A stretch of 64,000 bases of DNA from Synergistaceae bacterium (GTDB lineage Bacteria > Synergistota > Synergistia > Synergistales > Synergistaceae): NCBI GenBank assembly GCA_036803945.1, contig DAIRTK010000002.1:14854-78853 (forward strand), written 5' to 3'. The position numbers and the translations under genes are program-made. Position 1 is the stretch's first letter. Each line of letters starts with the position of its first letter. The notes beneath the pieces are model-generated. The model was not told the DNA's origin, made no database searches, and was given only the letters and a program-made list of their open reading frames with translations. Positions 39,343 to 47,526 of this stretch are shown here, one piece after another.

Positions 39343-40491
39343 TTATTTGTCCTCCCCATTCCATATCTTCCAGGCTTCACCAAGGAAGTCGTCCTTTATT
39401 TTTCCTGCCATGCCTGCCGCTCCGTAAAGTGCGCCAAGTATTATGCAGAGCTCAGGCCAGCCCCAGTCATTATAATGTGCGACCCTTATAAGCTCGCCTT
39501 TAAGTTTGCCCTGTCCGCCTGCAGTCTCTATGCCCATGGAACGGAGTTTTTTACGGACAGCCTCTGTATCTCCTTCAGGGAATCTGAATGCAGTGACACC
39601 GGGCGAACGAGCTTCATTTTCCTTGACAAGAAGATCGAACCCCATCGACTCAAGTCCGGCAGCGAGGGCATCCGCATACTTCCTGCGCATTTTGAACCAT
39701 TTCTCAGTGCCCGTTTCAAGTATTTCAACAAGAGCCTCGTCAAGGGCGTAGTATAGTGATACCGGAGGAGTAAAGGGATTCGCCGGGGATTTTGCCTCAA
39801 GGTCTTTTCTGTGCAGTTTGAGGTCATAGCTGTAGCTCGGGCATGTTTTCCCCTCAAGGGCTTTCCATGCCTTTTCCGAAAGCCATACCAGCCCAAGGCC
39901 GGGAGGAGTGAGGAGTCCTTTTTGTGAAGCAGTTCCTACAGCGTCAACTCCCCACTCCTGGGGGAAGCATTCCATTGCCCCGACAGAGCTCACTCCGTCA
40001 ACAAGAATGAGGGGACGTTCCTTCTCAGGGATCGCTGCGATTATTTCCTTAATGGGGTTGACAACTCCTGTCGAAGTCTCATTCTGGGTTATCATGAGGA
40101 CCTTGCAGCCCGGATTGTTTTTTACAGCTTCTGCGGCGACCTGAGGCGTCACAGCCTTACCGAACTCCACGTCGATATTGATGCCTTCAGCGCCTGTTCT
40201 CAGGGCTATCTCACGGAACCTGTTTCCAAAGACCCCGCAAGATATCGATATGAATTTGTCTCCTTTCTCAAGGAAGTTGACTGCCATGCATTCGAGGGCT
40301 CCGGTACCGGAAGAGGGGAGTATTATTACTGGGCCTTCGCTTTTCAGAAGCTCCCTAAGCCTGTTCTCGATCCTGGTAAAGAGTTCCGAAAAAGCAGGGC
40401 ACCTGTGTCCTATGAGAGGGCGGGAGCCCGCTCTGAGAACTTCCGCCGGCAGTTCCACCGGGCCCGGGGTAAGCAGATATTTCGTGTTCAT
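39343..40491 (-). CDS. Class V PLP aminotransferase (probable phosphoserine aminotransferase role)
   Basis: LLTPGP, HR, SGTGALE, NETSTGV, VDGVSS and TASQKGL (PLP Lys); immediately upstream of serA. Confidence 0.9.
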   Translation of the reverse strand: MNTKYLLTPGPVELPAEVLRAGSRPLIGHRCPAFSELFTRIENRLRELLKSEGPVIILPSSGTGALECMAVNFLEKGDKFISISCGVFGNRFREIALRTGAEGINIDVEFGKAVTPQVAAEAVKNNPGCKVLMITQNETSTGVVNPIKEIIAAIPEKERPLILVDGVSSVGAMECFPQEWGVDAVGTASQKGLLTPPGLGLVWLSEKAWKALEGKTCPSYSYDLKLHRKDLEAKSPANPFTPPVSLYYALDEALVEILETGTEKWFKMRRKYADALAAGLESMGFDLLVKENEARSPGVTAFRFPEGDTEAVRKKLRSMGIETAGGQGKLKGELIRVAHYNDWGWPELCIILGALYGAAGMAGKIKDDFLGEAWKIWNGEDK

Positions 40492-40535
40492 TTCTTGTAA
40501 CCTCCTTATTTGATTTTTCTGTATGAAATTTCTAT

Positions 40536-40567
40536 AAAAAAAGGACCGGAAGAAATCCTTCCGGTCC
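40536..40567 (-). terminator. Attenuator terminator upstream of aminotransferase-serA
   Basis: Minus strand GGACCGGAAG-GATTT-CTTCCGGTCC followed by T7, ~45 nt before the first structural gene. Confidence 0.9.
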
Positions 40568-40637
40568 CTGAAACGCCCTTGATGAATCTTTGATCTAAGA
40601 GAGATCTTTTTTCATCGGGTACACGTTCCGGGACCGG
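40561..40637 (-). promoter_or_regulatory. Antiterminator helix
   Basis: CCGGTCCC-GGAACG (40637-40624) pairs with CGTTTC-A-GGGACCGG (40575-40561), the terminator 5' arm. Inner stems CCCGATGAA/TTCATC-AA-GGG and GATCT/AGATC. Confidence 0.8.
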
Positions 40638-40732
40638 CAGAGACAACCAGAGCCGCCGCATGAGGAGGAAGCGCCGGAAGAGAGAGATGATGACACTGTG
40701 CCTTTGCAGACAAAAATTTGTATCTCCCTCAA
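40595..40732 (-). CDS. Serine-rich leader peptide (45 aa; 51 aa from ATG 40750)
   Basis: TTG start 8 nt after AAGGGAG. MREIQIFVCKGTVSSSLSSGASSSCGGSGCLCRSRNVYPMKKDLS*, with 9 Ser in a 15-codon stretch. Confidence 0.75.
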   Translation of the reverse strand: MREIQIFVCKGTVSSSLSSGASSSCGGSGCLCRSRNVYPMKKDLS

Positions 40733-40773
40733 TTGAAGCACTCCCTTCATGTGTATCCGTTGAATGGTTAACA

Positions 40774-40802
40774 TATATACTCTCCTTGGAGCTAAATGTC
40801 AA
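40774..40802 (-). promoter_or_regulatory. sigma70-type promoter of the ser leader
   Basis: Minus strand TTGACA-N17-TATATA. Confidence 0.55.
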
Positions 40803-41145
40803 GCATTATTTTTAAACATGGTTAAACATCATCATGGTGAAGCGGGCGTTAAAGACGGCGGCTTCGCCGTGGAGAATTGCGGCATGGAGGCTGCAGATTC
40901 ACCGCCACTGCCCCTTTGCGCCTACAACTGCTCAGTTATTGCTCAGCGACTGCTTAGCCATCTTTTTTTAACCGTCGTACGCGGTGCGGAGACCGCAGTT
41001 TCACGCAGGATCAGATATCCTGTTGTTCGGCCGTCGTTCTCTAAGTATTTCACTGTTTAACCTTGCCCGCATTAAAGGTATAATCCCTACGTGTGCCCAG
41101 ATATCGATGCTTCGTCAGTACAACGAAGCATAAGGAGAGAATTGC

Positions 41146-42159
41146 TTGATAAATAAGATCACAGATAAACTGCCCCTTTTGGCCGGACTCCTGCTTTTCT
41201 CTTTCCTCTGTTTTGTCGTGCCCGCTCTTTACCCGGATATGTTTGCTTTGTCCGCTCCGGGTGTAGAGGTCACGATATCGGGCGGGATGTCTGCCGGCGA
41301 AGCGGCAAGGGCGATCAAGGAGGCAGGGGCAGTCAGGGACGCCAACAAACTGATCAGATGGATGATAAAGCTTGGAATTGACAGGTCACTGAAGCCCGGC
41401 ACATACATTATCTCTCCCGGAAATGAGATCTCTGTGGCAAGACAGCTTAAATCAGCAGTACCAAGGACTCTTAACGTAACCATAATACCGGGCACCAGAT
41501 TCGCATCTCTGCCGGGGGCCCTCGGTCTTCCTGAGGAAAGTCTCAGCGGGACTATTCTGGAAGCACTTTCAGACATCAACAACTTCCCGTCCGATCTTCA
41601 CGGACTTCTGCCGGACGACCCAAGGGACAGGATAATATTTTTGCTTCCTGAGACTTATTCGATAGCTCCGGGGGACAGCATAGCTTCACAGACAGTAAGA
41701 AGAGCTTCCGGGCTGTGGATGGAAAGGGTCGGAAAACTTCTGCCTGAAGATGCAGGCAAAAAATTCACTGTCGAAAGGGGTATTCTTGCTTCGATAGTCG
41801 AAGGTGAAGCAAAAATAAAGGAAGAACGTCCCATACTTGCCGGAATATTTTTGAACAGGGTGGAGAAATGGATGCCACTCCAATCCTGCGCAACAGTGAT
41901 ATATTGCTGGGATGAGCTTGGCATTAAAAAGAAAAGCCTCACATATAAGGACCTGGAAATAGATTCCCCGTACAACACCTATAAAAACTACGGGCTGCCT
42001 CCCGGGCCCATCTCTATCCCTTCACAGGACTCGTGGATAAGCTCCCTTGCTCCGGAGAAGACAGACTATCTCTTTTTCTTCGCCACATCAAGCGGAAGCC
42101 ATATATTCAGCAGAACTTACGAGGAACATCTGGAAAAACAGAGGAAGATATCCGAATGA
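41146..42159 (+). CDS. mltG: Endolytic transglycosylase MltG
   Basis: N-terminal TM; LASIVEGE, PLQSCATV, SPYNTY and GLPPGPI motifs. Confidence 0.94.
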   Translation: MINKITDKLPLLAGLLLFSFLCFVVPALYPDMFALSAPGVEVTISGGMSAGEAARAIKEAGAVRDANKLIRWMIKLGIDRSLKPGTYIISPGNEISVARQLKSAVPRTLNVTIIPGTRFASLPGALGLPEESLSGTILEALSDINNFPSDLHGLLPDDPRDRIIFLLPETYSIAPGDSIASQTVRRASGLWMERVGKLLPEDAGKKFTVERGILASIVEGEAKIKEERPILAGIFLNRVEKWMPLQSCATVIYCWDELGIKKKSLTYKDLEIDSPYNTYKNYGLPPGPISIPSQDSWISSLAPEKTDYLFFFATSSGSHIFSRTYEEHLEKQRKISE

Positions 42160-42407
42160 GGCACAAAATGTCGGCCATATCACTGAACGTCAAACAAAAG
42201 GATATATACTATATCAGCTGGATCATAGATGCCTGTGAAGGTCTCGGATTATTAAAAACCGACGACCCTGTCAGGGGGGAAGCAACCGTATTTACGCCTT
42301 CAGAGCTTTTGGAGGATATGCTCTCATGCATTGAAGGACTTCGTGCGGAGGGGATCGAGATAAATGTGACCGGGATCTGCGGATCAATAGGAGAAGATAT
42401 TACATGA
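42156..42407 (+). CDS. DUF4911-like small hypothetical protein
   Basis: ATGA overlaps with both mltG and tldD; DIYYISWIIDACEGLGLLKT pattern. Confidence 0.7.
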   Translation: MRHKMSAISLNVKQKDIYYISWIIDACEGLGLLKTDDPVRGEATVFTPSELLEDMLSCIEGLRAEGIEINVTGICGSIGEDIT

Positions 42408-43777
42408 GAGATAAAAAAATTGACAGTATTATTCAGATGCTTGCTGAAACCAATGCCAGAGGTGCCCTGCACGCAGACATTTTTATACAGGCAGGAACAG
42501 CGCATTCTGCACATTATGAAGACGGAAGGATCGAGGAGCTCTCTTCATCGAATACAGATGGTTCCGGGGCAAGGATAATAGTGGGCGACAGGACATTTTA
42601 TTCCCATTCGCCAGGCACTTCATTCTCATCCGTCTCACAGATCCTTTCAGAAGCTGAGAGCTCGGCATTCGGAACATCGGCCCGGTTTGACAATGAAAAG
42701 GGCAAGGTACCTTTGCTGACGATGGAGGAGCATTTATCTCCACCCGAGATCGATTATATGAAGGAACTCGACATAAAAATCCGGGGAAGATCAAAGTATG
42801 TAAGACAGGCAGCTTTCAGGTACAGCATATCAAAAAGAAACGTCATGATAATACGTTCAGACGGCCTTTGCGCGGAGGATACCCGGACATACTGCAGTTT
42901 CACGGCGCAAGTCATCGCTGAAAAGGACGGGGTGCTCCAGACAGCGTCTGAAAGGCGCTGCATGGCTGTTCCACATAATGATTTCTGGTCAGCCTCAGAT
43001 CCCGATAAAGTGGCATTCGCAGCACTGGAAAGGGCTTTGCTTATGCTGGAGGCAAAACCCTGTCCCGCAGGCAAAATGAAAGTCCTCCTTGCAGGAGAAG
43101 CGGGAGGAACTGTCATACATGAAGCCTGCGGGCACGGACTTGAGGCTGACATAGTTGAAAAGGACCACTCCGTATACAGGGACAAAATAGGCAAGAAGGT
43201 CGCGCACAGCTCAGTTACAATGGTGGACGACCCTACGATGCCATGCCTCTACGGTTCATACAGATTCGACGATGAGGGAACTCCTGCAGCAAGAAACGTA
43301 CTTATCGAAAACGGCATACTCAGGGCCTATCTTACAGACATACTTTCAGCAAAGACGTCGGGGCTTCCGCTGACAGGCAACGGCAGGCGGCAGTCTTACC
43401 GAAACATCCCGGTGCCCAGGATGAGCAACACCTTCCTTTCACCCGGGAATTCAGACTTCGACTCGATGCTTGCACATACAGAGAATGGCCTTCTGGTCAA
43501 AAAGATGGGCGGAGGGGAAGTCAACCCCACAACAGGTGATTTTGTCTTTTATGTGTCGGAAGCGTATATAATTGATAAAGGCAGGGTATCGCACCCTGTA
43601 AAGGGTGCCATACTGACGGGCAACGGTCCCGATGTGCTGGAAAATATCGTTGCGCTTGGCAACGATCTGGTAATGGACCCGGGGGTCTGCGGCAAGTCAG
43701 GCCAGGGCGTGCCTGTAACTGACGGACAGCCGTCGATGCTTATCGAAGGGATGACTGTAGGGGGTAGTGAAGCCTGA
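42404..43777 (+). CDS. tldD: TldD/PmbA family metalloprotease (TldD type)
   Basis: HEACGH metal site, DDEG, GNGRR, PRMSNT and CGKSGQGVPV motifs. Confidence 0.94.
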   Translation: MRDKKIDSIIQMLAETNARGALHADIFIQAGTAHSAHYEDGRIEELSSSNTDGSGARIIVGDRTFYSHSPGTSFSSVSQILSEAESSAFGTSARFDNEKGKVPLLTMEEHLSPPEIDYMKELDIKIRGRSKYVRQAAFRYSISKRNVMIIRSDGLCAEDTRTYCSFTAQVIAEKDGVLQTASERRCMAVPHNDFWSASDPDKVAFAALERALLMLEAKPCPAGKMKVLLAGEAGGTVIHEACGHGLEADIVEKDHSVYRDKIGKKVAHSSVTMVDDPTMPCLYGSYRFDDEGTPAARNVLIENGILRAYLTDILSAKTSGLPLTGNGRRQSYRNIPVPRMSNTFLSPGNSDFDSMLAHTENGLLVKKMGGGEVNPTTGDFVFYVSEAYIIDKGRVSHPVKGAILTGNGPDVLENIVALGNDLVMDPGVCGKSGQGVPVTDGQPSMLIEGMTVGGSEA

Positions 43778-46016
43778 GATGATATTCAGAAAAAAAAACA
43801 AAAAGGATGTCAAACAAGCCTCAAGGCAGACAAAGGCAAAGACCGGACATAATCGTGCGGAAGGCTGGGGAAAACTTGCATTCACGATACTCTCGCTTTT
43901 ATCCCTCTACCTTACGGCCTCCTTTTATACCCCGTGGACCGGCACCCTGGGAAGGGACATATCTGCCTCCATACTTAACACTGTGGGCGGAGCGTTCATA
44001 ATACCGACACTGTTCGTACTTTATTACAGCCTATCAAAATTACTTTCGAGAAGCATTCCGCACCTGCTCAGGCAGTCTGCAGGGACAATTGTTATATTCT
44101 TAACAGCAGCCCTCCTTCTGGGACTCAATACGATAACCTCTGATCATGGAAGATATCCCAGATGGCTTTCCGCGGGTGCATTCGGCACGTCTTTTGCAGA
44201 ACATTCCTTCGCAATGCTAGGGGCCTTCGGGACATTCATCGCAGGAGCACTTGCAATATATATTTCTTTATTGCTATACAACATTCCCTTGATTTCAAAT
44301 ATAAAACTGCCCGGATCAAAACTTTTTTCCTCCCTGCGGAACAATGCCAGGCAAGGAAGCAACGGCTCTTCCGAAGATGCGGCCGGGGATGAAGCCGTCA
44401 ACATATCCGAATATGACGGGAACGACTACTTCGGAGATGTAGGTGAAGAGATAGACCAGCCCCCCGTCACTGTCACGGGACTTGGACAGCCGGCATCGTC
44501 CGGCTCACTTTACGCGAACGAGGAGATACAGGATCCTGAGTTCAATCTGGACGACTATCCGGCCTTTGACGGGGTAGAACAGGGGCTCTTCCCCCCGCCG
44601 CCTGAAATATTCGGCAGCGAAGAGTCTCATGACGGAGAAATGGATGAAGAAAAGTCCATGCCGTTGGGAGATAAGATAATCAAGGCCCTGAAACAGTTCA
44701 ACATTGATGCCAGGCTTGCAGAGATACTTGTAGGTCCGACTGTCATACAATTCAGGATACAGCTTGCACCGGGAATAAAAGTAAACAAAGTTGCAGTGCT
44801 CTCAAATGACATCGCACTTGCAATGGCTGTCCCAAGCCTCCGGATAGAAGCACCCATACCGGGAAAGCCTTATGTCGGAATAGAGATACCCAATCCGCGA
44901 AGGCGGGGGATACCATTAAGGACCATAATAGAAGATCCGGCATACCAGGAGACAGAGATGGCACTTCCTCTTCCCTTCGGCGTGGCCGTCAATGGAGATT
45001 CAGTCATAACGGGACTTGAGGAACTGCCGCATTTGCTGGTGGCAGGCACCACGGGATCAGGGAAAAGCGTCTTTATAAACTCATGCATAGTAGGCCTCTG
45101 TTCCATGAGGACTCCTGAGGAACTTAGGATGATCCTGGTAGACCCCAAGAGGGTCGAGATGGCAATTTACGACAAGCTTCCGCATCTGCTGACACCTCCC
45201 GTCACAGATGCCAAGAAAGCAGTGCATGTTCTCGCATGGGCGATAAGGGAAATGGAATCACGGTATTCTATGTTTGCAAAGGCAAGAGTGAGGAACCTTG
45301 AAAATTTCAACAAAAAGGTGCTGCCCAAAGACAGGCTTCCCAGTATTGTCATTGTTGTGGACGAACTTGCCGACCTTATGATGACAGCCCCCAAGGAAGT
45401 CGAGGAGTACATCTGCAGGCTTGCCCAAATGGCAAGGGCCACGGGAATACATCTCATGCTTGCGACTCAGAGGCCTTCGGTAAATGTTATTACAGGACTG
45501 ATAAAGGCAAACATACCGGCAAGGGTGGCATTTACCCTTCCCAGTTCCGTAGATTCAAGAACAATAATTGACTGCTCCGGTGCGGAAAAGCTTCTGGGCA
45601 AGGGGGATATGCTCTTCCTTTCCACCAGACATCCAAAACCGATAAGGATACAGTCTCCATGGGTAGATGAACAGGTGCTGTGCGTATGGCTGAACTACCT
45701 TGTAAATCTTTTCGGCCCGCCTGACTTTATTGAAATAGACAGGCAGGGCAGCGGACCCTCAGGCATGGACAACAGCGCGGCATTTGACGATGAACTCCTT
45801 GAGGACGCCATTGAGACTGTCATGTCGACCGGGATCGCTTCAGCAAGCGGACTCCAGCGAAGGCTGAGGGTAGGTTTTTCAAGGGCATCACGTCTGATAG
45901 ACATGATGGAAATGATCGGCATAGTAGGGCCCGCAGACGGTTCAAAACCCCGCGAGATACTTGTGGACGAGGAAGAAGCCAGGGAAATGATAAGGGACAC
46001 CAGAGATGGGTATTAA
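43767..46016 (+). CDS. ftsK: DNA translocase FtsK/SpoIIIE
   Basis: N-terminal TMs; PHLLVAGTTGSGKS, DELADLM, ATQRPS and GAEKLLGKGDML motifs; gamma domain LQRRLRVG. Confidence 0.97.
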   Translation: MKPEMIFRKKNKKDVKQASRQTKAKTGHNRAEGWGKLAFTILSLLSLYLTASFYTPWTGTLGRDISASILNTVGGAFIIPTLFVLYYSLSKLLSRSIPHLLRQSAGTIVIFLTAALLLGLNTITSDHGRYPRWLSAGAFGTSFAEHSFAMLGAFGTFIAGALAIYISLLLYNIPLISNIKLPGSKLFSSLRNNARQGSNGSSEDAAGDEAVNISEYDGNDYFGDVGEEIDQPPVTVTGLGQPASSGSLYANEEIQDPEFNLDDYPAFDGVEQGLFPPPPEIFGSEESHDGEMDEEKSMPLGDKIIKALKQFNIDARLAEILVGPTVIQFRIQLAPGIKVNKVAVLSNDIALAMAVPSLRIEAPIPGKPYVGIEIPNPRRRGIPLRTIIEDPAYQETEMALPLPFGVAVNGDSVITGLEELPHLLVAGTTGSGKSVFINSCIVGLCSMRTPEELRMILVDPKRVEMAIYDKLPHLLTPPVTDAKKAVHVLAWAIREMESRYSMFAKARVRNLENFNKKVLPKDRLPSIVIVVDELADLMMTAPKEVEEYICRLAQMARATGIHLMLATQRPSVNVITGLIKANIPARVAFTLPSSVDSRTIIDCSGAEKLLGKGDMLFLSTRHPKPIRIQSPWVDEQVLCVWLNYLVNLFGPPDFIEIDRQGSGPSGMDNSAAFDDELLEDAIETVMSTGIASASGLQRRLRVGFSRASRLIDMMEMIGIVGPADGSKPREILVDEEEAREMIRDTRDGY

Positions 46017-46026
46017 AAAAAAGGAT

Positions 46027-46058
46027 AAAAAAAAGAGCCGTTTATTAAACGGCTCTTT
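46027..46058. terminator. Terminator overlapping the rpmB stop codon (convergent with ftsK)
   Basis: AAAGAGCCGTTT-ATT-AAACGGCTCTTT stem with an A run on the left (T run on the minus strand). Confidence 0.8.
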
Positions 46059-46239
46059 GGACTTTACCGGAACGGAGGCACTTCGTGCAGATATGAAGTT
46101 TGCGTGTCTCTCCGCCGCCCACATCAACACGTACACTCTGAAGGTTAATGAGCCAACGACGCCGTGTATGGCGGTTAGAGTGGCTAACGGCATTTCCCGT
46201 CGCCGGTCCGCGACCGCAGCAATCACAAAACTTAGACAA
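46045..46239 (-). CDS. rpmB: 50S ribosomal protein L28 (zinc-ribbon form)
   Basis: TTG start after AAGGGGGG; MSKFCDCCGRGPATGNAVSHSNRHTRRRW...CTKCLRSGKV. Confidence 0.95.
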   Translation of the reverse strand: MSKFCDCCGRGPATGNAVSHSNRHTRRRWLINLQSVRVDVGGGETRKLHICTKCLRSGKVQRAV

Positions 46240-46279
46240 TTTGTTTCCCCCCTTATACCTTGGAACATCCAACCTGTGC

Positions 46280-46309
46280 ATTGTATCATAGTATATGAAA
46301 ATCTTGCAA
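46280..46309 (-). promoter_or_regulatory. Promoter of rpmB
   Basis: Minus strand TTGCAA-N18-TACAAT with TG extension. Confidence 0.55.
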
Positions 46310-46332
46310 CTAAAAGTATTGGAGGATAATAA

Positions 46333-46548
46333 ATGAACTTCAGCGAAAAAATGTCGGAACTTGATAAAATTCTCCGCAGGCTCGAGGGGGAGGCACTCCC
46401 TCTGGAGGAAGCGCTTTCCGAATTTGAAAAGGGCATAGGCCTTGTCAGGGAATGCCGCGCATATCTTGAAGAGGCGAAACAAAAAGTTGCCCTGCTCACA
46501 GACGATGGTGAAGTCCCATTTCAACATAATAAGAGCGAGGATGCATGA
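46333..46548 (+). CDS. xseB: Exodeoxyribonuclease VII small subunit
   Basis: F.E.M.EL..I...LE...LPLEEAL..FEKG..L...C...L..A pattern; precedes ispA-dxs. Confidence 0.93.
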   Translation: MNFSEKMSELDKILRRLEGEALPLEEALSEFEKGIGLVRECRAYLEEAKQKVALLTDDGEVPFQHNKSEDA

Positions 46549-47459
46549 TGATGGGAAAGAGGAGCTCCGACCCGGGAGTCAAAATCGAATTTGAAAACTA
46601 CAGGCTCCTTTTCGAGAAATATCTTGAAACCTCGACAGAGTCAAGAAACCGGGGAGTACCGAAAAAGCTGAGTGAGTCTATGGACTACTCCCTATTCGCC
46701 GGAGGCAAGAGGCTGAGGCCAGTACTCTGTCTTGCTGCTGCAGAAAGGTGCGGCTGCAGCCCTGACGATGCGCTCCCGCTTGCACTCGGTTTTGAGATGC
46801 TTCACACTGCGACCCTGATACATGATGATCTGCCTTGCATGGACAATGACGATATGAGGAGGGGAAAACCTTCAAACCACGCTGTCTTCGGAGAGACCAT
46901 TGCCGTTCTTGCCGGAGATGCGCTTTTGGCCCTTGCCCTTGAATATCCTCTGTGCCGCAGCAAAAATATACCTCCTCAGAACCTGTTGAAGGCAATGCAG
47001 ATATTCAGCAGCGCGATCGGCCCCTCGGGGGTATGCGGAGGACAGATGATGGACATGGATAATTCTCAGGGTGAGAACGATCCTGACTATGTCAGAAAAA
47101 TAGCTTCTCTGAAGACCGGAACTCTTATCAGGGCTGCATTAACGGCAGGCGCGGCACTGGGGACGGAAGACGAGGAGGTGCTTGGCCTCTATTATGCGTA
47201 CGGTACCCATATCGGCTCCGCTTTCCAGATAATTGACGACATGCTTGATGTTTCTGCCACAGCAGAAGAGCTTGGCAAAACACCTGGAAAAGATGCCGAG
47301 CAGGGCAAAATCACACATGTCTCCGTATACGGAATGAAAAAATCATATGAAATGGCTTCTGAGGAGGCCAGGCTTGCAAGGGACTCCATCATTGGAATAC
47401 TTCCGGATGACGATTTTCTTTCAAAGATGCCTGAATATCTCCTCAGAAGAACTCATTGA
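46545..47459 (+). CDS. ispA: Geranyltranstransferase / FPP synthase
   Basis: GGKRLRP, LIHDDLPCMDNDDMRRG, GQMMD and FQIIDD motifs. Confidence 0.95.
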   Translation: MMMGKRSSDPGVKIEFENYRLLFEKYLETSTESRNRGVPKKLSESMDYSLFAGGKRLRPVLCLAAAERCGCSPDDALPLALGFEMLHTATLIHDDLPCMDNDDMRRGKPSNHAVFGETIAVLAGDALLALALEYPLCRSKNIPPQNLLKAMQIFSSAIGPSGVCGGQMMDMDNSQGENDPDYVRKIASLKTGTLIRAALTAGAALGTEDEEVLGLYYAYGTHIGSAFQIIDDMLDVSATAEELGKTPGKDAEQGKITHVSVYGMKKSYEMASEEARLARDSIIGILPDDDFLSKMPEYLLRRTH

Positions 47460-47526
47460 GCAGGGACACCATGTTATTTACATCTTTGGGAGACGATAAA
47501 AAGATACAATGCCGGAGAGATCCGCG

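Noticed and set aside
40536..40760. T-box or metabolite riboswitch as the ser leader
   Set aside because: No T-box sequence, or GA/AG-box pattern, or glycine riboswitch motif recognised by eye. A cmscan run is still needed to exclude them formally.
40506..40802. 98-aa minus-strand ORF in the ORF track
   Set aside because: It starts at the predicted -35 element and runs through the terminator. The Ser-rich ORF in another frame has an RBS and explains the region better.
46045..46527. 160-aa extended L28
   Set aside because: The extension is antisense to xseB; the real start is TTG 46239 with its own RBS.
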